Program-made: the position numbers and the translations under genes
Part shown: piece after piece, positions 12,101 to 20,022 of the stretch
Position numbering within the stretch: the first letter of the stretch is position 1
How the letters are laid out: every line of letters starts with the position of its first letter
The notes under the pieces: model-generated
The model's input: only the letters and a program-made list of their open reading frames with translations
What the model was told of the DNA's origin: nothing
Databases searched by the model: none
Assembly: GCA_016932785.1 (NCBI GenBank)
Contig: JAFGCJ010000002.1
Location: 337,777 to 401,776 of the forward strand
Direction: 5' to 3'
Length of the DNA: 64,000 nucleotides
From: Candidatus Dojkabacteria bacterium
GTDB taxonomy: Bacteria; Patescibacteriota; Dojkabacteria; SC72; JAFGCJ01

Positions 12101-13384
12101 TGGAAGAACATCGGTAATTGTTCGTACAACATTGCTACCTGAATCGAGTACCTCCAGCCTTGTATTGTCAGGATATTTCTCCTGCCAATCAAAATCTACT
12201 ACCGAGTCATCAAACTGGCCATCTTGATTTTGAGGAGAAATCCTCTCATTTGTTACAGAGACTCCACTCACCAAAGGAAATACTGAATCCTGAGTTGAAG
12301 ATACAGAGGAGCTCCATCCCCCAGTATTATAAAGACGATCCCGCGCACGAACACGATAATAATATTCCACATCATCAGTCAAAGAAGCAAAGGTATAGCT
12401 GTTTGTATCAACCCACCCAGATGAACCATCCGGCGATCCAAACGCTGGATCATCATCCATCTGAAAATTGTATTGAATTCCACCGATAAGATTATCCGAC
12501 CCGGCGGTGGAATTAACACCATTCTGAGTACCGGCCGTGAATTCAGGTTCCGAATTCATACTAACTCCAGTCGGTGCAGTAGTATCAACAACAAACGATC
12601 TCCATCCTGTATAGGTACTACATTCATCAGTTGTATCACAGTTCCTGGCACGCCAAGTCCAATGACCATCCGACAAAGTACGATTCCTGGTATACGTTTG
12701 GTCGTTTGAATTAAGAGTCTGATTGTAGTCGAGATTCCCACCTTCATTCTTTCTTACCTGAGATTCAAGTCTGATCCACTGATAGAAGTCAGGATCAAAA
12801 GACCGAGTAACAAAATCCACACTGCACCCCTGTCCTGTCCCAGAAGTATTACAGGTAACTCCGCTATATGCGGCATTATTTCTAGGACCCATCTCCCAAA
12901 GGCTCTGCGGTCTAATCATACTCGGTTGATTGGGCGGCTGATTATAGTTCTCAGCAAAATCAGCAACTTCAAGAATCGAGAACCAGCTCGTATGCCAATG
13001 AACCCACGCTATGACCTCATGATTTGTTAGTGCTGCGGTATTAACATTATCACAGAATCTATAATAGTAGCCTCCAGGATAAACTATCCTATTCGTAGTC
13101 CAGCAACTCGCCGCCTCACTCCACTCGACCCAAGGTTCATATGTACCCCTTATATAACAGATGTTATCGCCAAAATCCGGTGAAAGCTCGCCACAATCAG
13201 GATAGTCAAGTGTTGAGTAAGCTTCTACTGGATTCAGCTTGGCTGAGCTAAGAAAAATACCTCCATATGATGTAAACAACATAACAAAAAGGAGAAACAA
13301 GACACGGAAACGACCCCAAAGCCTTTTAGAGGCTAACTTTCTAAGAAAAGGGGCAGATATAGTAATATAACTATGAGGTTTCAT
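6128..13384 (-). CDS. Giant (2,418 aa) secreted/surface protein: Cys/Trp-rich N-domain, Fn3/Ig-like and FlgD-Ig-like modules, M23 (LytM) peptidase domain, terminal HExxH domain
   Basis: Uninterrupted 7,257-nt ORF with an N-terminal signal/anchor. Fn3-type signature YYYRVRARD..N. FlgD-Ig-type units (FSPNGDGNQDG...WDGRD...GDGTYTY). M23 core HGGVDF (7763-7780) and THLHFGVY (HLHF at 7466-7477). HELAH at 6437-6451 and EDWAES at 6218-6235. Confidence 0.9.
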   Translation of the reverse strand: MKPHSYITISAPFLRKLASKRLWGRFRVLFLLFVMLFTSYGGIFLSSAKLNPVEAYSTLDYPDCGELSPDFGDNICYIRGTYEPWVEWSEAASCWTTNRIVYPGGYYYRFCDNVNTAALTNHEVIAWVHWHTSWFSILEVADFAENYNQPPNQPSMIRPQSLWEMGPRNNAAYSGVTCNTSGTGQGCSVDFVTRSFDPDFYQWIRLESQVRKNEGGNLDYNQTLNSNDQTYTRNRTLSDGHWTWRARNCDTTDECSTYTGWRSFVVDTTAPTGVSMNSEPEFTAGTQNGVNSTAGSDNLIGGIQYNFQMDDDPAFGSPDGSSGWVDTNSYTFASLTDDVEYYYRVRARDRLYNTGGWSSSVSSTQDSVFPLVSGVSVTNERISPQNQDGQFDDSVVDFDWQEKYPDNTRLEVLDSGSNVVRTITDVLPAGSETPVSHQFVWDGRDNSSAFVPDGPYTLRLSVTDKAGNEEVDDSNVVIVDNIPADINISTPVSGSWFNDSDITINGQTEADAVASITNNQSSVQTALTLDGLGLFSYDDTLLLGANTFTFDVTDYVHNTNQVVVSYYQERSAPSIDSVSPDDLNNNRKPEVTVSLSDTGYDDGSNEYISGIDSDSLFISLTHPVNGELVLANDGVNTQPSLGNIQQTCDGPGNYGNSGAPSCTYKFVFTSDLTPDGDYTITTRASDVAGTSAIDSTEYFELDSNIQSDLVSPSEGNLFNYSKIQLTGTAEKNSQIDLSLPLGDLDGDGLVDSETFDVSDSVSNPSRVEVTSCHASGSPETDGIKEICDWSVVDFQLERDTVTPGNVTNQIQVDTKDNADVYPSTGLNTSSQSISVNVDLFAVTLSLNTDIEYFSPNGDGNQDGVNFTDISTNGQIDTYELEIKDSDGNVVRSFTAGGTPPNSIPWDGRDTGGNFVGDGTYTYQLKVLTTDGINFETTPASLYAATELSDSVVITYPKNDSYSSRGVINVQGQAPLSLVSTNTGTDSMLEVKICVDTMAISGECDTEYYTTVDDNGFFSTIVMLPRVNSQDEHYITATALDKYGNETPPSNQVKVTTTSNPPFENVEIIPALTGTNDPAAYQAILDKLDNGEDITQADIDALRYVIMRSTVYQGTERVRLSFADHSMVDVLPSSTDWNNIGYITGDNVTKLYKIFVDGTTPYTACNSTTCTWDFYYPLPSSLQGLYEVKFEGKLDVEVQSLTAGFTVDGNIPLTPIILDIDKVVGGIVSNTNYYNDIFYSNSKLIQIKGASDPGALIEVKDNSGNTICSTTASAVGIWNCNVDVSTVPDYSSPDTSVYTIPLDVFATLGLNTSQSIDPKTVVIDKIDPQIDQVNTSNQWRRSGSVVDLNVLANESLSYAISIDKQEASDPDQCINSSATYEIYGSNLRSSDRGDLPFWETSRSKKFLQGFLASPLPIQTGAIDDLIVASDDLSQANGSFVLSGNAVEGRYCTTVEVSDLAGNSVREGQVFFVDNTSPNTPNIDTSDWGNYNGINTKPGYIAEGRLVPEFVHEENQIKVKGWSEENTNMEFYVDAKLVSTTDLVTGECAQSLASDKIADTVNVQDKDVCAYSFNYPLTKNGKDYVFQIKSVDRAGNKSIISEDEVVYYDNKRPINPEVIRTKSVSYDPTPEWRMGNQASVTKDLSINLVTHAESLSDLEFTAFGPQSFSRYIFTQTPGNQVKDQNVPLGSSSDERSGCVNMIGTRRTGVCQDGNYTVQIISTDAAGNASGLTKHTIERDTVRPEEPVIYLDKRGAIGEEYLTLSVKGEAGATAEIHVSSRYYSRVLNANLDNHGRYSTSNLIGRITCGDVLYTATVKVVDRAKNKSDSVSDSVRSGDCPACYTPGGEYSHPVHSDKVVLTSGYRTASRPDHGGVDFALLGGPEVSWREPIYPMAPGTATKVKQQGGVKGGSPNYVDVTHDNGIVSTYWHLDNDSPSVVGLGERLDNVGEKLGHMGNTGNVWSSLSGDKAGTHLHFGVYVNGKDVNPGAYIGGGSNVVCDGVPSSGGKPASATAPSGNYKDKWAGKDGNSLGKPWVNLEVTKKEGGDFDIKVKDYYIPAPEITYVTTKYNGSKAVLNGVAVYKHRKADFEVKYKSFFGKSCFIFCSNVYTDEETIKFEDELDHVGLNFREDRPWKKDQDVGWIWNDSSDGRWEKDLELDNKDKHDLNVGDKIFTQTKIWDTTKFHTNADGDVEISFTSGDEPLISDRSNTVEIKEDKKGNIGDKYGIDLVDGAGSWTDKELEWINSLLGSLPSNLYDHGHVNEFVREASHASAAASYDYTGTKNVYVYDGAMNFSGFTRYGNINQEEGYKIVITHELAHSYEEYDKASNSAKLLSEFSKISWIENMSVIYESWAIDSKAKPTTVDYTSKSITLEDFVTDYASSYSYEDWAESVAVFQFKKGTFSGGTQKLEDKEKIVDKKF

Positions 13385-13410
13385 AGGTCACTACTAAGAT
13401 ATTTATCGAA

Positions 13411-13419
13411 ATTATACCA
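13411..13419 (-). promoter_or_regulatory. Extended -10 element (TGGTATAAT) upstream of the megaprotein gene
   Basis: The reverse complement of 13411-13419 reads TGGTATAAT, 26 nt upstream of the ATG at 13384. Confidence 0.45.
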
Positions 13420-13474
13420 GAACGAAGTAATAAGATCGAATTTGGGAAGGGTACTATCCCCTAAGTATGGTTTC

Positions 13475-13927
13475 TTAGAACTTTTCGTCAGGTGTAAAGC
13501 CTTCCACAAAATCAGGCATATGTTTACTCCGGTCAAGATATTCCTCTAGAGTATTGGTCTTTCTTCTTAACTCTTCCTCTCTCCCAAGCGTCATTATACT
13601 ATCACCTGATGCTATACCTGCACTATCAGACTCTTCCAAATCCTCAAAGACCTTCACCTCCAATAGCGGTCCGCACCCAGCACTCCAGTTTTCAAGTTTA
13701 TGCACCCATACATCAGTCATTCTTTTACCATCTAGATTCCAAACAAAGACAATGTGATACCTGCCTTCTGCTAAATTGTTCTTAGAATATAATTTCTCGA
13801 GGTGTTGCTTAATATCATCTTCATCCGCGAAAATATCTCTTATGGGATTCTCATCCTTAACCGGATACACTATTAAATCCACAGATCCAATTTTGAAGCT
13901 AAAAGGAATATATTGTCCAGGTTTCAT
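13475..13927 (-). CDS. Hypothetical cytoplasmic protein
   Basis: 150-aa ORF with no TM segment and no recognisable motif. Confidence 0.55.
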   Translation of the reverse strand: MKPGQYIPFSFKIGSVDLIVYPVKDENPIRDIFADEDDIKQHLEKLYSKNNLAEGRYHIVFVWNLDGKRMTDVWVHKLENWSAGCGPLLEVKVFEDLEESDSAGIASGDSIMTLGREEELRRKTNTLEEYLDRSKHMPDFVEGFTPDEKF

Positions 13928-14000
13928 AATAAAGATTTGATAATTTATCAGATCTTTAATAATTGTATCATATGGACTTCATCCTACACTCACTATTTTC

Positions 14001-14936
14001 TCACTTACTGCCTAGCGTGACTAAGTTTCTTGGCTTCCCCTTGATACAGGAGATTATAGTTTCAGTCCAGTCATTAATATTGTTTTCAAGTGACCTATCA
14101 GTATACCAAGCAAGAGGCGCCGTAATAAAAACATTACCTTTAACATCAGCCATTTTAATTTCCGCACTCTCAAAGGCTAGACCTCCAAGTTTACTCTTAC
14201 CTACTCGTTTTAATAGGTATTCTTTATCCCAAATTTCATCACTTACGATACTAACAAAGTATGAGTTACTTTTTAAATTTTCCAACATTTTTTTATCAAG
14301 TAAATTATGGGTCTCTTTCGACTCAATTACAGTAGGAAAGACAACATCGCATTTTTGCAGCAACGACTTCAAACTCAAGTACTTTTCATTTACCTTCTTC
14401 TTGCGTCTTGACCAATAATAAGTCTTCATCCCTAAACCATCAGCTAGCTTTATAATTCTTTTTCCAATATGACCTAGCCCTATAACCCCGACACTTTTAG
14501 AAGTAAGTTCATTCATAAGCGTTTCATCAGTAAATTCGTACTTGAAGTCATTCTTCAATTGAATAGGAAATCTTTTGAAAAGTGAAATCATCATGTAGAT
14601 GGCATACTCAGCAACAGCATTAGTTGAATAATATGGAACATTTGTAACCTTTACTCCTTCCGATTTACAGAAATCTAAATCCAAGAAACCATAGCTAGTA
14701 GTGACTAGACATATATACTTAACACTGTTCAAACTTTTATAGAACTCAGCTGGAATCTTCCAATCAAAAGGTACCGGGGATAACGCAACTATTTTATCAT
14801 TCTCATTACTAAGCCTATCTAGTTTACTAAGCTCAATCCTTTCATCATTTATCCACTCAACATGAGAGTATTTTTCAAGCCTATTTAGGCTTTGCTTGTT
14901 ATACTCTTCCTTTGTTGAGATTATTACAACGTTCAT
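14001..14936 (-). CDS. D-isomer-specific 2-hydroxyacid dehydrogenase family protein (NAD-binding)
   Basis: 311 aa. Rossmann fingerprint VGVIGLGHIGKRIIKLADGLGM and the overall layout of glycerate/phosphoglycerate dehydrogenase-like enzymes. Confidence 0.8.
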   Translation of the reverse strand: MNVVIISTKEEYNKQSLNRLEKYSHVEWINDERIELSKLDRLSNENDKIVALSPVPFDWKIPAEFYKSLNSVKYICLVTTSYGFLDLDFCKSEGVKVTNVPYYSTNAVAEYAIYMMISLFKRFPIQLKNDFKYEFTDETLMNELTSKSVGVIGLGHIGKRIIKLADGLGMKTYYWSRRKKKVNEKYLSLKSLLQKCDVVFPTVIESKETHNLLDKKMLENLKSNSYFVSIVSDEIWDKEYLLKRVGKSKLGGLAFESAEIKMADVKGNVFITAPLAWYTDRSLENNINDWTETIISCIKGKPRNLVTLGSK

Positions 14937-15003
14937 TTAATACAATTATATTGCTGGTAACTCAGGAAGTAAATGAGGAATGACTGTTACTATGGAATTA
15001 AAA

Positions 15004-15076
15004 TGAGCCCGCAGGGAGTCGAACCCTGAACCTAGCGGTTAAGAGCCGCTTGCTCTGCCAGTTGAGCTACGGGCCC
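15004..15076 (-). tRNA. tRNA-Lys (anticodon CUU)
   Basis: The reverse complement GGGCCCGTAGCTCAACTGGCAGAGCAAGCGGCTCTTAACCGCTAGGTTCAGGGTTCGACTCCCTGCGGGCTCA folds as a cloverleaf. It has a 7-bp acceptor stem, anticodon arm AGCGG/CTCTTAA/CCGCT and T-loop TTCGACT. CCA is not encoded. Confidence 0.95.
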
Positions 15077-15118
15077 AAAAATAAGCATCATCAAAGAACA
15101 CCTTCTAAAACAGGCCTT

Positions 15119-15147
15119 ATTATAATCGCAAACAACAAAAATCTCAA
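15119..15147 (-). promoter_or_regulatory. Sigma-70-like promoter for tRNA-Lys
   Basis: The minus strand reads TTGAGA (15142-15147), a 17-nt spacer, then TATAAT (15119-15124), about 40 nt upstream of the tRNA 5' end. Confidence 0.5.
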
Positions 15148-15209
15148 AGGCTAAAACCCCGGGAAAAACGACCCCAACATCAACGACCGACTGCAACACC
15201 CGACAGATC

Positions 15210-17495
15210 CTATTGAGGCACCTCTTCCTCGTCGGTATCTGAATTAACGGCATCATTTGATTCTCCGTTATCAGAATTTTCCTCAACATTTTCCTGAGGA
15301 AATTCTATGTCTTCACTTCCTTCAGGAGTTACTTCTTGCCCTTCCCCCAAAGAGTTTAGAGCATTAAGAACCTGAGTATAAGCATCCGATTCACCTAGCC
15401 CATTTGAATCCAGTATGTTCAGAATTATCTGCAGTTGTTCTCTTGCTCCAGAAACATTCCCCATCTTCTGATACTGCACAGCAAGATCATACCTTGCGTC
15501 CAGTAGAAGCGGTTGGAGAGTCAAAGCCCTCTTCAGTTCATCAAGAGATTCTTCTCCATAACCAGCGAGAGACAGTATCACGCCCTTCTGATGATGCAGT
15601 TGAGGTTTATAAGGGTCATACTCAATCGCTCTATTGATAGATGCCAACGCAGCATCTCCGTAACCGCCATTAGTTATCTTAATTAACTCTTGATATATGT
15701 AAATCCTGGATTCCCAATTCCTTACATTGATAGGACTCAAGTCTGTTGCCTTTTTTCCACTTTCCAAAGCTACAGAAAGCATTGTCTTCATTTCATCCTG
15801 ATAGCTAGTTTCTTCGGATTCAGATTCCATGTTCGCATATTCCTTGAGAATATTTATAGCCATCACGGCATAATCTCTCCTATAACTATCGCGATATCCG
15901 ACAGTATCAATGGCCTTTCCTATTCCATTGAATACATCCGCCATTTTTTCGATCCTATCGTCTTCATCAGATTTTATCTTAGATGCTTCATACAGCGCAT
16001 TCTGATAATAAACCTCTCCCCTGTACATCCTGTATACCCAAATACCTCCACCGAGCAAAAGAACAACCGCAGGAACAAGCATGACATACGGAAGTATATC
16101 GTTCTCTTCTACAGCAATCTTTTCCTTCGACAATGAAAGACTGAGCTTTACTTTTTCAGCTAATCTCGGGTTGGAAAGAGCTCTTAAAGCAACTGTAAAC
16201 CCGAGCATCATCCAGAGCAGGTACCAAATATTTATTGTAAAAAAAACAAATAGACTAGATATTATCACAAGAAGTATAGAAGACGACAAAGATACAAGCA
16301 TTGTATTAAAAGGAAAAACATGATTCTCCTTGTATATTCGAACCAGCCATACAACAATCATAGTAAACAGAGCACCCCATGCAGCAAGGCCTAAAACACC
16401 TGTATTACCAAGTATTTCAAGGATCTGACTTGATGATCTCGAAAACCTCATGCTCCAATTATCAGTTTCGTTATACGATTCAGGTCTGTAACGAGTAAAG
16501 TCATACGCAAAGGTATCCGGACCACTTCCCAGTAGACCGTTACCTGCCGATTTCGAAAGGGTTTCGGTAGCAATTGACCATGAAACATCATACTGTAAAC
16601 GAGGCTGATTTATGTAATCGTCGTCTCCTAACACCAAGGCATTAGAAACAGTATCCACATTCCTCACAATGAAAACCAAGACAACAAAGACCAAAATGGG
16701 AAGTAAAAACCTCACGGAGGACTTCGCAAATGATCCTGCGCTCATCAAAACCAGCACAACAGAAGCAATTAGTAAGCTCCACAGGAGTGCCCCAGGCCAG
16801 CTCCAGAAATTACCCGTCGAAATAATGAACCCACACAAATTGAACATTAGAGTGATTAGAGCAAATATAGAAGATGTAAGATTTTTTGTTTTTGATATAA
16901 GAAGACCAAAACCCACAGGTATCAATATCAAAAAGAAAAACGGAAGAACCTGATCTGAACCTACGGACGAGAAACTTCTTATTTCTGAAAATTCGTATCT
17001 TTCAAATGCAGAAAAAATATAGATGCCGAAATACTGAAGAGTCGAAATAAGACCGACCAAGGCACCCGAGATTGTTAAACCCCACATAAATAGTTCTACA
17101 ACCCTTTTAGTTTTTACAACATGCCGCAGGACAATCGTGAGCATCAGCATGAAAAAAAGTACAACAACACCCTCACTCATCCTCCCTGAAAATCCAATAA
17201 GACTGGTTATCTTATCCTCTGAAAAAACAAACGACAACAAAACCGAGGCAAAAATTGCTATAAGTCCAACATCAAAACTTGTTTTCCAAAAGCTCAGCTG
17301 CCCTTTAAAAGATATATTGACCAGCCACGCGACAAGAATAATGAGCATAAACGAAATAAATAGCATCGACTTGTTAAATTCGTAGAACTCAGAAGTGAAA
17401 GGAAGAAACATAACAGGCAAAAGCAGGGTCATAACAAAAACCCCATATTGAGTGATGTAATCAGTCACTTTTAATATTCGCGATCGCAACTCCAT
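15210..17495 (-). CDS. O-antigen ligase/polymerase-like polytopic membrane protein fused to C-terminal TPR repeats
   Basis: 761 aa with more than 10 hydrophobic helices. The periplasmic-loop motif GLLGSGPDTFAYDF is typical of the Wzy_C/WaaL family. The C-terminal ~250 aa have TPR-like repeats (AIEYDPYKPQLHHQKGVIL..., ALTLQPLLLDARYDLAVQYQKMG) and an acidic tail. Confidence 0.65.
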   Translation of the reverse strand: MELRSRILKVTDYITQYGVFVMTLLLPVMFLPFTSEFYEFNKSMLFISFMLIILVAWLVNISFKGQLSFWKTSFDVGLIAIFASVLLSFVFSEDKITSLIGFSGRMSEGVVVLFFMLMLTIVLRHVVKTKRVVELFMWGLTISGALVGLISTLQYFGIYIFSAFERYEFSEIRSFSSVGSDQVLPFFFLILIPVGFGLLISKTKNLTSSIFALITLMFNLCGFIISTGNFWSWPGALLWSLLIASVVLVLMSAGSFAKSSVRFLLPILVFVVLVFIVRNVDTVSNALVLGDDDYINQPRLQYDVSWSIATETLSKSAGNGLLGSGPDTFAYDFTRYRPESYNETDNWSMRFSRSSSQILEILGNTGVLGLAAWGALFTMIVVWLVRIYKENHVFPFNTMLVSLSSSILLVIISSLFVFFTINIWYLLWMMLGFTVALRALSNPRLAEKVKLSLSLSKEKIAVEENDILPYVMLVPAVVLLLGGGIWVYRMYRGEVYYQNALYEASKIKSDEDDRIEKMADVFNGIGKAIDTVGYRDSYRRDYAVMAINILKEYANMESESEETSYQDEMKTMLSVALESGKKATDLSPINVRNWESRIYIYQELIKITNGGYGDAALASINRAIEYDPYKPQLHHQKGVILSLAGYGEESLDELKRALTLQPLLLDARYDLAVQYQKMGNVSGAREQLQIILNILDSNGLGESDAYTQVLNALNSLGEGQEVTPEGSEDIEFPQENVEENSDNGESNDAVNSDTDEEEVPQ

Positions 17496-17666
17496 AGGGA
17501 TAATCAGATAAATTTAAAATTTCTCTTCGAAAAACACTAGTCATAATAGAAAATTCTATAAGACCCAAAACGCTTTTCTAATAGCTTTTTTTGTTGTAAA
17601 AACGATCATACACACCACATAAAGGCAAGTCAAGACACATTGAATGAATTACAGTAATCGCCTAAA

Positions 17667-18194
17667 CTATATATTGTTTAATATCTTTTCAACGTATTTT
17701 CTCAGCCTTGATAAGTCTGAGCCTTTTTCCAACATTGTCTCTATATCAGATTTCTTTTGCGGCGAAATAAATCCCAGATCATAAATAACATCTACGACAA
17801 AACAACCGGTAGTCTCAGCTGAATGCTCAGACTGAATGTAAGCCTTCCACAAATCGAAGATTCTTCTATAGCTTATTCCTTCGGCAAGAAATCTGTCCAC
17901 AACCATTCCGGCAAGACCAACTCTCTCAAACTCCTCCGTGGACATTTGGTCGGAATCCAGAGAGAAAAATTCTTCGGCCTCAACAAGTATATCAATATTT
18001 TTTCCCTCGGCACACGACACTCTGCAAAGATTAAAAGTTTCAAGATGTCCCCTCTTCCTACTTTTGGCAAGACGGATACCTTTGGCTACAACTGTAAACC
18101 GCCCTCTTTTTCTTCCAAACAGGGTTACAAGTTTATCACTCTCGCCAAGATCTCTTGATTTGATTACTGCAACTTCGTCTCTATATACAGCCAC
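17667..18194 (-). CDS. recO: DNA repair protein RecO (short form)
   Basis: 175 aa. The N-terminal OB-fold signature AVIKSRDLGESDKLVTLFGRKRGRFTVVAKGIR is typical of RecO. Confidence 0.75.
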   Translation of the reverse strand: MAVYRDEVAVIKSRDLGESDKLVTLFGRKRGRFTVVAKGIRLAKSRKRGHLETFNLCRVSCAEGKNIDILVEAEEFFSLDSDQMSTEEFERVGLAGMVVDRFLAEGISYRRIFDLWKAYIQSEHSAETTGCFVVDVIYDLGFISPQKKSDIETMLEKGSDLSRLRKYVEKILNNI

Positions 18195-18232
18195 TCAAAT
18201 AAATACAAGATCAAATTACATAGAAATTTATT

Positions 18233-18871
18233 CTACCAAGCACCAATTCTAAACAAAACAACGATTGGAGTCTTGATCAAAATTATTATATCCATAAGTA
18301 CTGTTCGTTCTCTGGCATATTCAGCATCCATCTTAAGCCTTTGTTTTATAGTCAATTCATTTCTGCCTGAAACCTGCCAAAGACCGGTAATTCCAGGTCT
18401 AACTGATGTTACAGTATTAACCAAGAACTCAAGATTCTCATCCTTCAACTTCATAAGTTCTTCAACATAATAGGGCCTCGGACCAATAATACTCATCTGT
18501 CCAATAATCACGTTCACAAGCTGAGGAATCTCATCTAAATCCCAACGCCTTAGAAACCGACCCACTGACGTAACCCTTGGATCCTCTTTAGAAGGCAACT
18601 TGCAATTCCTGCTGGAAAGTTTCTTCGCTATTTTTCTGTAACTTGGATTAGATTTCAACAAATTATGCGCCTGTGGAATCATAGAACGAAATTTATACAT
18701 CCTGAACCTTTTTCCCCCTTTTCCAACTCTCTCCGGATCATCCGAAAAAATAGGTCCACCCGTACCATCAAACAGAATTAAGACAGAAATAATAAACAGC
18801 AGAGGCAAAAGAACACAGAGAAGAATCACAGCTAAAATACAGTCGGAAATCCGCTTTACTAATTCATACAT
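18233..18871 (-). CDS. PglC/WbaP-type monotopic phosphoglycosyl transferase (initiating sugar-phosphate transferase)
   Basis: 212 aa. N-terminal re-entrant helix, then FRMYKFRSM ... DEIPQLVNVIIGQMSIIGPRP, the bacterial sugar transferase signature. Confidence 0.9.
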   Translation of the reverse strand: MYELVKRISDCILAVILLCVLLPLLFIISVLILFDGTGGPIFSDDPERVGKGGKRFRMYKFRSMIPQAHNLLKSNPSYRKIAKKLSSRNCKLPSKEDPRVTSVGRFLRRWDLDEIPQLVNVIIGQMSIIGPRPYYVEELMKLKDENLEFLVNTVTSVRPGITGLWQVSGRNELTIKQRLKMDAEYARERTVLMDIIILIKTPIVVLFRIGAW

Positions 18872-18882
18872 TGAACTTTCGA

Positions 18883-20022
18883 TTAAATATTTTCAGAAAT
18901 GTAACTAAGAATTCTTTTAACAAATCTATCTCTGCTGAAATTGGTAGCTCTTTCTCTCACTTTTTCCAGATCGAATTTTTCTAAATCAAAGCTTTTCAAG
19001 ACTTCAGACAGGGCATCAACCGAAAATTCGTCTATCAGGATCCCAGTCTCATTATTAACAACAGATTCCGTTACCCCACCGGAATTAAAGGCGATTACTG
19101 GAGTACCAAGAGCCATGGATTCAATGGGTACTATGCCGAAGTCCTCGTCTGGACATGGAAAGATGAAAGCCCTGGCAGCAGCAACCACTTTGTTTCTCTC
19201 ATTATCAGAAACTCTTCCAAGAAATTCTATGTTACTAGATATGCCAGATTCATCAGCAACTTTCTCAAGATACTTACGATAGCTTCCATCACCTATGATC
19301 TTCAATTTTTTCCCAGCTTTACTACATGCCTTGATAGCCATATCTACACGTTTATACTCCTCCAGCCTACCGAAATACACATAGTAATCCTGTTTTGGTT
19401 CACTAATCTCAAGCAATTTTTCAACCTCAACTGGAGGATATATAACTGCAGAATCCCTTTTGTAAAATTTCTTAACTCGAGATTGAGTTACTTTAGAGTT
19501 ACAGATTAATTTGTCAGGTCTGTCAGCCGTCTGTCTATCCCAAATCCTCCAGAAATGCTCCAAGGGAGGAAGTATTACCTTCTTATACAGAAATCCCAGA
19601 CGCCCATGAGTTGCCGTTGGAAGTCCCCAAAGAAACCGGGGAATATTATGAATGTAAGAAAAGTGCCTGCAGTCAGTAGGAACAACTACACCCTTGGCAT
19701 AACCAGAAAATGTCGAGCTAATAACCAAATCATAATCATCGAATTTGAATTGTTCTACAGCAAATTGGTAGAACAATTTATATTGATGTTCCAATTTTTT
19801 CCTAAAAGGAAGTTTGGCCACAAAAGATGTTCTTATATCCCAATTATCTAACCGAGGTTCAAAACTTTCTGGAAAATAAGTTACAGTATAAACAGGCGCT
19901 TTAGGCCAAATCTCATGAAACACACGAAGTACCCTCTCAGCACCACCATCTTCCGTAAGAAAATCATGTACCAAGGCAACTCTCAGATCTTTAATTTTCT
20001 GAAATTTTGTTAATTCCTTCAT
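18883..20022 (-). CDS. Glycosyltransferase family 4
   Basis: 379 aa. N-terminal LRVALVHDFLTEDGGAERV and a C-terminal GT-B E..G..P.E motif (FPCPDEDFGIVPIESMALGTPVIAFNSGG). Confidence 0.85.
   Translation of the reverse strand: MKELTKFQKIKDLRVALVHDFLTEDGGAERVLRVFHEIWPKAPVYTVTYFPESFEPRLDNWDIRTSFVAKLPFRKKLEHQYKLFYQFAVEQFKFDDYDLVISSTFSGYAKGVVVPTDCRHFSYIHNIPRFLWGLPTATHGRLGFLYKKVILPPLEHFWRIWDRQTADRPDKLICNSKVTQSRVKKFYKRDSAVIYPPVEVEKLLEISEPKQDYYVYFGRLEEYKRVDMAIKACSKAGKKLKIIGDGSYRKYLEKVADESGISSNIEFLGRVSDNERNKVVAAARAFIFPCPDEDFGIVPIESMALGTPVIAFNSGGVTESVVNNETGILIDEFSVDALSEVLKSFDLEKFDLEKVRERATNFSRDRFVKRILSYISENI

Noticed and set aside
6895-12747. About a dozen 60-123-aa ORFs on both strands inside the megaprotein gene (e.g. 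12118-12489 +, 7639-7938 -)
   Set aside because: All are nested in or antisense to a 7.2-kb ORF with clear domain content. Their products are low-complexity and motif-free.
13963-14418. 151-aa + strand ORF
   Set aside because: It is antisense to the 2-hydroxyacid dehydrogenase gene, which carries the GxGxxG NAD-binding fingerprint.
15032-15289. 85-aa ORF on the minus strand
   Set aside because: It runs straight through the tRNA-Lys gene (15004-15076) and its promoter and overlaps the 3' end of the 761-aa gene. It is an ORF-finder artefact.
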